Origin: Dehalococcoidia bacterium
Lineage (GTDB): Bacteria > Chloroflexota > Dehalococcoidia > Lucifugimonadales > VXLM01
Direction: 5' to 3'
Assembly (NCBI GenBank): GCA_963662435.1
Contig: OY759598.1
Coordinates: forward strand, 186,001 to 250,000
DNA: 64,000 nucleotides
Of the stretch, positions 43,049 through 54,202 are shown piece by piece. The position numbers and the translations under genes were made by a program. The notes beneath the pieces were generated by a model, which saw only the letters and a program-made list of their open reading frames with translations, did not search any database and was not told the DNA's origin. The first letter of the stretch is position 1. Each line of letters starts with the position of its first letter.

Positions 43049-43191
43049 TCGGGGGAGCAAGGCTCGACCCCTCTCGACCGCCTCACGCTGCGGGAAGCGT
43101 TTTGTCTCTCGAGGACTTCCCTCGGGGGAGCAAGGCTCAACCCTTCGGGTCGTCCGACTTGGGAGTTCGTTCGGGGAGCAAAGCTCGACCC
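43049..43191 (+). repeat. Three 21-22-bp direct repeats TCGGGG(G)AGCAARGCTCRACCC
   Basis: Copies at 43049-43070, 43122-43143 and 43171-43191. Confidence 0.75.
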
Positions 43192-43509
43192 TACGCGAAA
43201 TATCCCGGACTCAGAGACCGAGCCCCCAGGTTTCTAGGGCGGGAAACACTGGAAAAGCCTGACAGTGCAACCAGTATCGCCGGACCACGAACCCGAATGG
43301 AATGCCTTAAGCGTCCCACCGCCAAAAGTGTTCACTTTGGATCAAGAAAACTTCCACAAAAATTCACTCAGTCCCCTGAGTCCAGCCTACCGGCGACTCC
43401 TCTCGGTTGCCGGGCGGTGCTGGAATTGGGCGGCGTCCGGTCTTGTTCCCGTCGTCAATCCGACGTATAACGGCGACAATTCTCGTCGGTCGAAGGGGAA
43501 AACATCCCA

Positions 43510-43914
43510 GTGCCTCGTATTCGAGATGCCATACGGGACGCCCTGACTCCCGGGGACAGGTTGTTCACGCCGAACCGGAAGCCGTTCTTGGTTGAGGCGC
43601 TCGGAGTCGACGAGTTAACCCTCCAGGTGGGACCACGTTCGGCAAGTACCGTCCGGATCGCATTCGACGCGCTTGACGCCATTCCGGCTGACATGGCTCG
43701 GTACGGTGACAAGGCGCCGATTGGCGGGGTCGAAGCGGAAACGGCTCCGGGTACCCTCGAACGGTTCCTTCTCGACCGGCATGGCGACGGGACGCTGAGG
43801 GTCTCCTACGCCGCTCCGGTCCTGGTGGAGGCCGGAGTCAGTCTGTATCTTCCGAGACGGGCGGGAGAGGAGCATCGCATCGGACTCAGACCGCAGTGGA
43901 GGCTTTACGGCTGA
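43510..43914 (+). CDS. Hypothetical protein
   Basis: 134-aa globular-looking ORF with an AGGGG RBS-like site. Confidence 0.5.
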   Translation: MPRIRDAIRDALTPGDRLFTPNRKPFLVEALGVDELTLQVGPRSASTVRIAFDALDAIPADMARYGDKAPIGGVEAETAPGTLERFLLDRHGDGTLRVSYAAPVLVEAGVSLYLPRRAGEEHRIGLRPQWRLYG

Positions 43915-43991
43915 GTTTTCCCCTTGCTCAGTCTCGGTGAGTCCGTCGTTTCTCAACTCCTCGCAAGACCCCAGCCTCGCCACCGAACTCG

Positions 43992-44792
43992 CTACTCCTT
44001 CCACAGTCCGAGGCTTAGAACCCTCCGTACGCGGCTCCACACCTCCTGCCCTTTGCGCTCCCACCTCAGGTCTTTGAGCGCTCTCCTCCGCCAGCCGAGG
44101 TGGGTCTCGCGCTCCCACGGGTACATCGGTGAGGTCGCTGGCGGCAGCGTCAGGCCTTGCTCGTCGGTTATTGCAATCTCGAACTCCATGATCCGCTCCT
44201 TCGTCAGAGCGCGGTCTAGCTTCGTGCCGACCTCTCGCCGCAGCTCCTATGCCCGCCACTCGTCCACCAGGGGCCACGCTTCGCCGTACACCTCCTCGTC
44301 GTCCTGGGCAGGCTCACGGGTCACCAGTTCGGGATACTCTAGCCTTGACTCGGTCACCGTGCCACGTCGCCCGCGTCCGCCGGGGGTCAACGCATCGCTC
44401 CCGCCATCTCTAGCAACTCCCACGTGCCTGATCAGACGCTCGACCAGACGCGTCGTCCGAGCGTGCTCCTTGCCCAGCGTCTGGACATCACCCCGCACCG
44501 CTTCGACAGCTCCTCTCATCTCCTCCTCGAACGCCACCAGCCGTCGACGCAACTCCTCTTGGTCCCGCCGCTCACGTGACTCCGACGTGCCGTCCCCTTC
44601 CACCAGGGCTCGTTCCAGCGCCTCGCGCGCCCTGCCCGACAGGACTCCCGACCTCACGCTCGCAGCCACGGTCCTTCGGTCTATCCCCAACACTCTTGCC
44701 GCGCCCTTGTTTCTCCTCTTCCTCACCAACTCATTGAGTAGCGACATGAGCCGCAGGTGGTGAACATCCGCCACGTATCTGCTCTTTTGCAC
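43992..44792 (-). pseudogene. HTH + coiled-coil protein with an in-frame TAG at 44247-44249
   Basis: AARVLGIDRRTVA; the two track ORFs are in frame, 57 nt apart. Confidence 0.6.
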
Positions 44793-44823
44793 GATTTCCC
44801 TCCCGATCTTCCGGCCTGTCCTC

Positions 44824-44922
44824 CCAGGGGTACAAAATGTACTTCCCAGCTACGCCCGATGTACCCTGCCTCTTTTTCGCCAGGGGTACAAAATGTACTT
44901 TCCAGCTATGGTCGATGTACCC
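44824..44922 (+). repeat. Two 43-bp direct repeats with internal palindromes, upstream of the HTH gene
   Basis: CCAGGGGTACAAAATGTACTTYCCAGCTAYGSYCGATGTACCC at 44824 and 44880. Confidence 0.8.
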
Positions 44923-45033
44923 CCCGTCCGGAACCGGGACTCAAGTCCGGCTGTTCACTTTTTCCTGTAGGGGGAACGCTTCCGCGCCTGCGCCGCCGCG
45001 TTCCCGTCCCATCACGCCTTCTAACAAAAAGTC

Positions 45034-45636
45034 CGATTCTCTGTACACGGTAATAACACCACGGGAGACCTTCTTCTGGTAATGCCTCATAGGACATACA
45101 CGCGTGTACGCCTTTCAAGACCCACCGGGGTCATCTTCTTACCCGGCTGCCGGCATACGTCGTGATCATCGGCGGCGAGTCGGGGCTGCAATCAGGCATC
45201 GCTGGGCGCGCCTTCCTTCCACCGTCGTAGAAATCCCCTCTCAGGGTGCTCGCACAGTCCGTGGAGCCCACGAACGATGGACGAATTCACCAAGCGAACG
45301 CTGTCCGTCTGACCGCAGGCGCTCTCTCAAAACCGTCATGTTCCACTTGGTACATCTCGTAGTTAGCTGTGGAACATGACCCCGGAAACTCCCATGTTCC
45401 AGTTGGAACAATTCGTATGTGGCCGAGGAACATGGGCCTGGAACGGGGAGTCAAGTCAACGCGCCCGCAATTGTCCTGTAAGGAGGGTGCTTGCACGCCT
45501 GTACCACGCCACTCATCACTCTCACTGGGTCATCCAAAAATAGTTCGATTCTCTGTACACGGTAATGACTTCACAGAAGGCCCCCTCCGGGTAATGCCCT
45601 AAAAGGCGCTCCAGCATGAACGCCTTTCAAGACCCA
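45034..45636 (+). repeat. Two 91-bp imperfect direct repeats 512 bp apart
   Basis: CGATTCTCTGTACACGGTAAT...GGTAATGCC...ACGCCTTTCAAGACCCA at 45034-45124 and 45546-45636. Confidence 0.8.
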
Positions 45637-45959
45637 TTTTCACCTGTCATCCCGCTGGTCAACGAGAGCGCGAAGATCGTTGAGGACAAGAAGAATGGCT
45701 TTTCCTAACTCGTCCGGTGTTCGATCGGCCTCTGGCCTTCCTCGCTTACGCCGTGCGTGATCCTGACTCCGACGACTGGTTCACCGGCGTCACCTAGAAG
45801 CACGGTGAGGAGAAGAGACTTTGGGAGGGACGGGAGGCAGAATTTGAGCGAGAGAGCGACGGTGGGAGCACCTCCTGAAGGTGTTGAAGTTGCCGACATT
45901 CGTCAGGGAGTACGGCAAGGTGGCACGGCAGTCCGCTACCGAGAGCGTCGACCATCCCG

Positions 45960-46236
45960 GCTATCTGCTGAGGCTGTCGGGGCGGCGGGTGTAGTCGTAT
46001 TCTGCAATGGCCCTCAGCCGGTCGTAGAGCGAGCGCCTGCGCTGGGCCAGTCCCTGGCGCACTACGCTGAAGTCCCGGCCGTCGTGGAGGGTGATGGTGA
46101 CGTCGAAGCGCCCTCTGCGGTGGAACTCCACGCGGGAGCGATATCTCAGCCGACTGCCGGGGGACATCGAGGTGGCGAGTCGGTACACGGAAGCCACCGT
46201 GTCAATCCTTCGGATGAGCAGCGTCAGCCACTCCCT
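45960..46236 (-). pseudogene. Internal fragment of the winged-helix mobile-element gene; copy 3
   Basis: VASVYRLATSMSPG...RSRVEFHRRGRFDVTITLHDGR matches the 10373 ORF. Confidence 0.65.
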
Positions 46237-46280
46237 CCGATGATGGCAGTGAAGGTCAGAATAAGCAAGTAGAAGGCTAG

Positions 46281-47789
46281 TACTACTTTGTTAGATCATG
46301 GTGGGTGATCTCGAGTACGCATGTGGTGTTCGATCACCTGAAGGAACAGTCTCTCAAGTACCAGCCTCCTGACCGATGCCAGACTTCGACGTTCCTCTGG
46401 GGGGGAACCCCCGAGTCGGTCCCGGTACTTCCGTCCTTCCGCTGTCGCTTCCCAGCCCACTCAGCACGTGTTGCACAATGGCCGGTCCGTAGTTCTGATG
46501 CAGGGCGAGGTAGCTGTGGGCAAGCATGCACAGCGCAACATGGCGGTGGAACCCCGACCACAACCTGCCCTCGTAGTCGTCGAGTCCCACCTCACCCTTC
46601 GCATCCTGGTAGAAGCGCTCGATTATCCAGCGGCTGTGGGCCAGTTCCACAATGTCGTCCAGACTCACACGGTCCATTCCCCACACGAAGTAGTACTTGG
46701 TCTCTCCGGGCTGTCCGTCCACAGAACGTTCACCGATCAGCCACCCGCTTGAGGGAAGGTGTGTTCCACGAAGCCCCACTCGATGTACTCTCACTCTCGC
46801 GCACAGCTTCCGCAGAGTGCCCCTGGTCCCTCTCCTCCATGCAACGACGCGCCAGCTGTCGGACTTCAGTCCATCCAGAATTGAACCCGCTTCCTTGGAG
46901 GCCACCCTGTCCTCGAGCCCCTTCGCCTTCCTTGGGCGACCAATACCTTGATAAGGAGGAGGGGCTTCATCTCCTGGATACCGATCAACTTCATCCGCGA
47001 TTCGGAACCTGACAATGGAGGACACACCGACCACGTACGGCAATTCCCTCTCTTCTAGACCGTCCAGTAGGGTCGGCTGATCTCCGTAACCCGCATCGGC
47101 TACCACCGCACGTGTCCGCACGCCGGCGTCCACACCGGCATCGATCAGCTCCAGTGCGATCTCTCCCTTGGTCTCGAAACGCACCTCCGTAGGCACACCG
47201 GCGTCCGTCCTGCGCTCACCATCGCTCACCCACGACTCTGGAAGATACACCCTCGACGTGATCGGCCAGTCATACACCCTGTCCACGTAGTGAGTTGTCA
47301 CAAGCACCTGACAGTTGTCCACACGACCCAGCGTCCCAGAGTACTGACGCGCCACTCCGACCGATCGGTTGCCCTTCTTCGCAAAGCCGGTGTCATCCAC
47401 GATCTGCACTCCCTCACCCACGCTGGCATGTGCCATCATGTGCTTGATCCTGATCCGGTCCATCTCCCGCGAGTCCCATGCCGTCCGCGTCAGAAACTCC
47501 TGAAGACGCTGTGAGTTGGTGCCGGCAACCGCTCTGCCGATGTCCGATGCGGTCTTGCGCCTCAAGTCTGTCAGAAGTCCCGTCGTGTAGCGCTCCATTG
47601 CGTGCCTGCTCTCCCGTCTTCGTACTAGGGAGCCGAACAGCTTGAGAAACTCTTCAAGGTCTTCCAGGGGTGAGGCTACGGCTTTCAAGATCGTCATCGC
47701 GCTTCTCCAAGAGATGGTGCGAGAACAATCTGTCACGGCTCTTCTCAGAATGGCTAGGCGTTCTGAGGTCTCATTCTAACAAAGTAGTA
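46281..47789 (-). mobile_element. IS701-family element
   Basis: 15-bp IRs TACTACTTTGTTAGA flanked by CTAG on both sides. Confidence 0.9.
46354..47736 (-). CDS. IS701-family transposase
   Basis: VDDTGFAKKG..SVGVARQYSGTLGRVDNCQ, ADAGYG, RWIIERFYQDAKGEVGLDDYE. Confidence 0.92.
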   Translation of the reverse strand: MTDCSRTISWRSAMTILKAVASPLEDLEEFLKLFGSLVRRRESRHAMERYTTGLLTDLRRKTASDIGRAVAGTNSQRLQEFLTRTAWDSREMDRIRIKHMMAHASVGEGVQIVDDTGFAKKGNRSVGVARQYSGTLGRVDNCQVLVTTHYVDRVYDWPITSRVYLPESWVSDGERRTDAGVPTEVRFETKGEIALELIDAGVDAGVRTRAVVADAGYGDQPTLLDGLEERELPYVVGVSSIVRFRIADEVDRYPGDEAPPPYQGIGRPRKAKGLEDRVASKEAGSILDGLKSDSWRVVAWRRGTRGTLRKLCARVRVHRVGLRGTHLPSSGWLIGERSVDGQPGETKYYFVWGMDRVSLDDIVELAHSRWIIERFYQDAKGEVGLDDYEGRLWSGFHRHVALCMLAHSYLALHQNYGPAIVQHVLSGLGSDSGRTEVPGPTRGFPPRGTSKSGIGQEAGT

Positions 47790-47793
47790 CTAG

Positions 47794-49138
47794 CAGGCTG
47801 CGGAAAAACTATTTTATGAGATAGGATGCCACCACACCGTAGTGGAGGTATCCGACTCATGCACGGCAGACATGACCCACAGGCGACGATGCTGGCCTTC
47901 GTTGACTTGGAGGAGCGAGTACCGAACGACCATCCTCTTCGGACTATCAAGACCGTGGCCGACGAGGCGCTGGAACGCCTCTCGCCAGAGTTTGACCGTA
48001 TGTACTCGAAGGTAGGCAGGGCTTCTGTCCCGCCGGAGCGACTGCCGAAGGCGTCCTTGCTCATCTCCCTGTACTCGGTGCGCAGCGAGCGCGCGTTCTG
48101 CGAGGAACTCGAATACAACCTGCTGTACCGCTGGTTCTTGGACATGAACCTGATGGAGCGGAGTTTCGACCCAACGGTGTTCACGAAGAACCGGCAACGA
48201 TTGCTGAAGCACTCGATAGGGCAGGCCCTGTTCGACGAGGTGGTATGGGAGGCGGACAGAGAGGGACTGCTCTCGGACGAGCACTTCAGTGTGGATGGAA
48301 CGCTGATAGAGGCGGCGGCGAGCATCAAGAGCTTCAAGCGCAGAGAACAGGAGCGGCAGTCGTCCGATGATGACCCTAGCGGCCCGTCGGAGGACTTTCG
48401 GGGAGAGCGTTTGAGGAACGAGACGCACGAGAGCAGGACGGACCCCGATTCGCGGTTGATGCGCAAGGGGAAGGGGAAGGAGGCCAAGCTGGTGTTCATG
48501 GGACACGCGCTGATGGAGAATCGCAACGGACTGGTGATGGACTTTGTGGTGAGTGAGGCGACGGGCACCTCTGAACGTGACGCTGTGCCGGTGCTGTTGG
48601 ACGGAGCACGGGAGCGAGGCTTCCGTCCTCGGACGCTGGGGGGGCGACAAGGGCTACGATACCCGGCAGTGCGTAAAAGGATATGCGTGATCGCGGGGTG
48701 ACGCCGCACGTAGCGCAGCAAGTTCACTCGACGATAGACGGGCGCACCACGCGGCCTTGCGGGTATGAGGCGAGTCAAAAGGTTCGCAAGCGTATCGAGT
48801 CGATATTCGGTTGGATGAAGACGGTGGGCGGATTCCGCCACACTCGGTATCGTGGAGCGGAGCGCACGGGATTGGCGGGGTACTTGGTGGCTGCGGCCTA
48901 CAACCTGGTGCGGATGGCGAAGCTGATGTCGAGTCAGCAGACTCGGGCGGTTCAGTCGATGTGAGCTGTCCTGGGGCGGAGTGCGCCCAAAATGGCCTGA
49001 CAGGGCCGCCAAGCCCCACAAATCCCTCTCGAAATCGTCCGATCAGACACCAAATCTGACTGAAATCTCGCAATAACGCGGCGACCAGTCACTCAACCGG
49101 CTGCCTCTACCACGCAAAACCTATTCTTCCGCAGCCTG
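47794..49138 (+). mobile_element. IS5-family element with a frameshifted transposase (about 47859-48964)
   Basis: IRs CAGGCTGCGGAA / TTCCGCAGCCTG between CTAG and TTAG; HFSVDGTLIEA, DKGYD, RKRIESIFGWMK; extra bases in G and A runs near 48640 and 48676. Confidence 0.85.
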
Positions 49139-49202
49139 TTAGCATTCGAGCGTAGCCGAACCATTCAGAGCAGGATGTCGGCCCGAATTTGTCGCATGCT
49201 CG

Positions 49203-52200
49203 CTATGGCGGACTCAGGTCGATGGTCAGTGCTGCTGCGATATCTTCCTTGCGTTCATCAGGAACCTCACGCAGGATGAATTCCAGCAGGTCATCTTGAC
49301 GTGGCTGACCGAAAACCATGCGGTAAACGGCCAGCGAACGGCGCAGGGCGACTACCCGGTCTGCATCCCTCGACAGCGGCAGGACCGGGGACCGACGTTG
49401 AATCCGAGCGTCACCTTCTGGGAACACCCAATGTGGGACGAGTCCACCGTCGGCCTCGAATTCATCGTCAACGAAACGGTAGGCCAAATCCCAAGGGTTG
49501 ATATGTTCAGCCCGCGCGATGGCTGACCTAGCTTCGTCGTTTGCCCTCGCCCCGACCTTCTGCGCGATGTTCTTTCTGATGGCGTGACCATGATAACGGT
49601 GGATACGGCCCTCACGCTGTTCGAGGTCAACTGGATTCGGGGGGAGATTCCAATGCACTACGGCGTGGCAGTACCAGTGAAAGTCGAGACCCTCTTGTCC
49701 GATGGAAGTGGTAGTAAGAACAAAAGGCCAGAAAGGCGAATTGAATGCAGCACGAACGGCATCCAGGTGCTGACCTGCTTGCTGATCAGAGCCGCTGACG
49801 CCATCATTCGCATAGCGGCGTGCGAAGTGCTGACGCATGGAAAATGTTTCGCGCCGAATACCGTTCCTATCTCTCTCCCATTGAGTCACATCCAGCGTCC
49901 CCGCAGCTAGTTGAAGCGCTTGGCTTAGGATTTGGACGAGTTCGGCAGCCTCTGTCTCGCCGCCCCGGTCTTCTCGTATGACGTGAAAGTATTCTTCAAG
50001 CACGGCAGACAGCCCGCCTTCCAACGCATATGCAAGGACTCGGCGCCAGTACGCTCGGACACCAGGAATTCCCGGCTTGTACATGTTTTTCAAGAGACCT
50101 TCCGAAGTGGGTATGCGAAAGAGATGTCTGAAAGCCCATGCTGCCGTCATTGCCTGCGCCTTCAGGTCAGCGTCGGCAGTAGACGTGGATGTAATGCGCG
50201 AGAGCGCGCGAAGCGTTGCGTTTGCAGGCGATCCGGCGGCGAGCGCAGCCATTACCTCGGTGAGGTTGCTTGGCGGCCGTCCCAACGCGGCGGGGTCATT
50301 AAGGCTGTCTGTGACGTGGGTTGCCAGATCTCCCCAAACTTTGGACTCCCCACCACTGCTACCCTGTGCTACCGAGAATGGGTCGCGAAGCCACTTCCCG
50401 CTGCTCGTGGGTGACTCACAGTCGAGTAACAGAGGTGTGGCCGCGTACCAAATATCTTGCGGGCTACCCTCCGTAGGCGCGTTCCGGGTCAACTCAGCGA
50501 TCTTGGGACGTAGTTCCCCTTCGATTGCGCGAAGGAGTCCTCTTGCATTCGGTTTAGCATACCGAAGCGGGTCGCCTGCTTCGGCAAGCGTCTGCGAAGG
50601 GGCCATAAGCGCGAAAAGCGAATAAGCATCCCTTCTGACAGGGAGGAGTTGTGACCTGTAGCGGTCGGCTCGCACTCGCTCGCGAACATAGCGCCGTTCA
50701 GCGTCATAGCTCGCCATGACCGCCACCGCCCTCGGCACCATAGTCCAAGAAGAGAAGACTAGACGCTTCGTGGCCGTCCTAGCTCTCTCGAAGTCACGAC
50801 CGAGTGTATGCGAAGGAAGCGCAGGTGGAAGCCAAAGAAGCCGGTGCATTCGGCTATTGACGAGGTCACGTAGAAGCGCGCGCATTCTACCGTTCCCGCC
50901 GGGAACGGAGCGACGCTGCTGTACGCGATTGCGTCGAAGCTGTAACCTAGGGTTGTCTCGAATTAGCTTGGCGATTTCCCCATCTGACCCATTCTCCACA
51001 GCGGACCGGACACGGTCCGAAAGTCTGTATCGGTCCATGAACGACAGCAGATAGGGAGCCGATTTCCAGTATTCCGTGACCCCGGGGGCGTCCACAGCTA
51101 ATGCAATGTCCCGTGCTCCGAGGTAGGCCTCCACGTCATTCGCGTCTAGATCCGCGGTCATTTCAGAGGCGTGGAGCATTGGATCTCCACCTCCGGCAAG
51201 ACCACGCCGCTCTGTTCGCGACATTACACGTTGCAACTCGGCCTGAATCTTGGTGCGGTGTTTGGACAGCCGTTTTCTTGCGTCCGCACCAATCTCACCT
51301 TCCGATGCGACCAGTGGTAGCTGCGAGCGAAACTCACGCAAGGACCTTTTGAGAGGTTCTACGGAACCGTCGTTACCTTCCAGGAAGCTGACCGTCTGCA
51401 AGAAGTCCCGGTAGTGGTCATCATCAGACTCATGACTCAGGGTGTACATCTTGTATGGGGTTGCTGACAGAAGCAGAGTGCGTACCTTCGTATTGCTATC
51501 CTCGTACTCAAACAGGCGCTGTGCCAATTCGCCGCTTGTGGTCTCAGGGTTAAGCAGATCGCGGAAGCGCTGGAATTCGTCCAGGATGACCAAGTCCGGC
51601 TCCAAGGCGTCCAGACATGCATGGGCAAGGAGTTGCCTGAGTTTGCCAACGAACTTCTGCCGCTGCCGCCATGCCTCATTGTCTAGGCCACCCGCCAAGA
51701 GATCGCGAACTCGAATGAACTCGCCATGAAGCTCCGACCCATGTTCTTGCACTGCGCTTCGGAACTACTCGACTATGCTCTGGTCGACCCTTCTGTCCTC
51801 GTAGCTGTCCTCGTACTCCTTGAAACGTGCAACGTTTCTGAGTCCGCCCAGAAAGACGAGTCTGGCATTGTGACCGAGGTCGCCCCACGCCTCCGTAAGC
51901 ATTCGAAAGAGGATAACCCTCTCTTCGACGATCCCCTCAGCACTTGCCGAATTGAAGGAGGTGCCCGGAGTGAGCGCGATTAGGTTTACTTCCTTCAGGG
52001 CGTCCAGGCGGTACGGAAGGAGGGTAATCCTCTCGGCAAGGGGTTTTGTCTCAATCGGCAGGTGGTGCCTGATACGGTCGACGTTCTGCCGTGCGATAGC
52101 CTGATTGGAGCAGATGTAGATAACGTCGATGCGCGGCACGCCCTCTTCACGAAGGTGATCGATAGCCTCCGCTATCACGCCGGCGGCGACCAGGGTCTTC

Positions 52201-52352
52201 CCCAGTCCGACTTCATCGGCGATCAGAAACCGCCGCGTGCTGTCCTCTGCCCTGTACAGCCTCTTGAAAGCATACTCTGCTGTCTTTCGCTGGAAACCCT
52301 TGAGGCCAGCAAGTACCGCCTCTCCAAATTCAGCCGACTGGTTAAAAGTCAC
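49203..52352 (-). pseudogene. SF2 helicase, third gene of an Azaca-like defence operon; in-frame TAG at 51765-51767
   Basis: ADEVGLGKT, LDEFQRF, LSATPY, SIGQEGLDFH, EQREGRIHRY; the two halves are in frame; GTGA overlap with the PLD gene. Confidence 0.8.
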
Positions 52353-54202
52353 TTTCGTCTCTCTCGTACCGTCCACAACGCCTCCCAAACTCCTTTGAAA
52401 TCGTCTCCCAAAAGCTCACTTCCCTCTTGAGTCTTGCTTAGATCATCCAGCAGCGAGGCGACTGCATCAAGCTTGCGGGGGTCGCTCGCCAAGGTTTCAA
52501 GCATTCGCTCCAGAAGGCCAGGCAGTTCAACGCCCCATTCCGTGCGACTGTTCTCCTTGGACATCAGTTCGCTCAGTTCACCGAAGGAAACGTCTTGGTC
52601 CGGAGACAACAGCAGCCAGAGCAACTGCAAGAATCGCTCCCTGTTGCGCAGCATGTTGGCGATCAGCCGAGGCAGTCGGTCTTCAGGGAGGCCTGAGAGC
52701 CGGATAGTACGAGCGAATCGCTTGCTCTTAGAAATACCGTCGATAGTAGCTTGAACTTCAATCGCAAGAAACGCTGAAAGCTCGTCGAGGGAAAGGTCAT
52801 TGAATAACACACCGTCGTCTAGTGGTTGTTGATGGCTAGCCGCAAGCGTGGCTGGCCAGCAATCTACGGTCCCTATCTCAATTGGTAAATCAAGAGGCTC
52901 ATCAAGCGCCAAACTCAGGGAGTACCGACCGGAGTCGGTTTCGTCGACCGTTCCTGTGAGGTTGGCACCTGCGATAGACTCGGCGGCGTCATCGAGCATG
53001 AAGTCCAGCCGAATGGCGTCCTCGTCTTCGGCAACTGTCCCCGCTTCTTCCGGGTCGAACTCCTCAACAAGGCTCCGAAACTTGCCACCCTCTCCTTGGC
53101 CCGGTGGGGCCAGCAGTGCGTCGATACCGAATTTGCTCTTGCTGCCGACTAGCTCAACCATGAACTCGACATTCCTGGGCGGATCTCCGAGTGCTGCACC
53201 AGTGGAGTTTGCCGAGCCTATGCCGACACGGGCTTTCCACCCGTCATCTATCACGTAGACCTTCGCATGAAGGCCGGACAGAGGAGGGAGCGAATCTTCT
53301 GTGTCTTCAGATTCGGGTTCCAGACCGGACCTGAATACGTAGACTTCGTCGAACGCACCCACCGCTGCAGCCTCAGCAGTTAGCAACGCCTCTCGCCGAC
53401 TAATGAGTACGGAGCGTGGACGCCGACGGGCAACCGACCTGAGGAAACTATTGTCCAGAAATGGCGAAATGACCAGGAGCGAGCGGTGTTTTAGGTCCGG
53501 GTAGGGTACATTCCTGTCGCTGATCCCGAAGGAAAGCATTCGGCTAAGCTCCAGGCCGTCAGGAGGGTGGAACTGAACGTTTGGTAGTTCGTCGGAGATG
53601 ATCGCAATACTCTCCTCCTGGAAATCGGAGGGCGGATTGATCGCGAGAGCAGGTAGGGCCCGCATGAATTCCGCAATTGGGCCGTTGAGTGCGTTCTCAG
53701 GAGCCCGTTCCTGAATCAAGTCACCATCGAGTACAAGAGAAGCGTCCCATGAGGTATCGAAGGTGAGGTTCCTTGACTGGCAGATCAAGCGATATCTGAT
53801 CTGGCCATCGGCGGCGTCGCCCCGTGGTTCATAACGGAGGACCCAGACCTTGGGATGGAAGATACCCTTGGACTGACCACGTTGAGTGGGGAACACCGCT
53901 ACTACCGACTGTTCGATGAATGCCAGTGCCGGCTGACGCGCACGAGGGACTCCGGTTTGTCCACCGTGACAGAATACGGTGATGCGGTCTGCGTATCTGC
54001 GAGCACTTTCCAGCAATGATAGAGGTTCAGTAGGTATTTGTCCGTCGCGGTCCTGTACATCGCTGAAGGTGAATGCGAGCGGGACAGATAGAAGCGTCAT
54101 CAGATCCAGGGTAAACGTTGTGCCGACGGCCCGATCCAGCACGTAGCCATCGGGTGGCCGCAGGGTATCCAAGAATAATCGGCGCTGACCCGGCTCGAAC
54201 AT
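52349..54202 (-). CDS. Phospholipase D-superfamily (HKD) nuclease-like protein, second gene of the operon
   Basis: GTTFTLDL, FHPKVW, SRNLT, ISPF, LHAKVY...GSANST. Confidence 0.8.
   Translation of the reverse strand: MFEPGQRRLFLDTLRPPDGYVLDRAVGTTFTLDLMTLLSVPLAFTFSDVQDRDGQIPTEPLSLLESARRYADRITVFCHGGQTGVPRARQPALAFIEQSVVAVFPTQRGQSKGIFHPKVWVLRYEPRGDAADGQIRYRLICQSRNLTFDTSWDASLVLDGDLIQERAPENALNGPIAEFMRALPALAINPPSDFQEESIAIISDELPNVQFHPPDGLELSRMLSFGISDRNVPYPDLKHRSLLVISPFLDNSFLRSVARRRPRSVLISRREALLTAEAAAVGAFDEVYVFRSGLEPESEDTEDSLPPLSGLHAKVYVIDDGWKARVGIGSANSTGAALGDPPRNVEFMVELVGSKSKFGIDALLAPPGQGEGGKFRSLVEEFDPEEAGTVAEDEDAIRLDFMLDDAAESIAGANLTGTVDETDSGRYSLSLALDEPLDLPIEIGTVDCWPATLAASHQQPLDDGVLFNDLSLDELSAFLAIEVQATIDGISKSKRFARTIRLSGLPEDRLPRLIANMLRNRERFLQLLWLLLSPDQDVSFGELSELMSKENSRTEWGVELPGLLERMLETLASDPRKLDAVASLLDDLSKTQEGSELLGDDFKGVWEALWTVRERRK

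Noticed and set aside
43049..45636. Direct repeats as a CRISPR array
   Set aside because: Only 2-3 copies each, irregular spacing and no cas genes
48630..48685. Programmed frameshifting in the second IS5 transposase
   Set aside because: Two nearby single-base additions in homopolymers look like error or decay rather than a canonical slippery site
9828..51767. Several in-frame TAG stops (9828, 36685, 44247, 51765) suggesting amber recoding
   Set aside because: Two are simple TGG-to-TAG changes in obvious relics, and many intact genes here end normally in TAG; decay or error is sufficient
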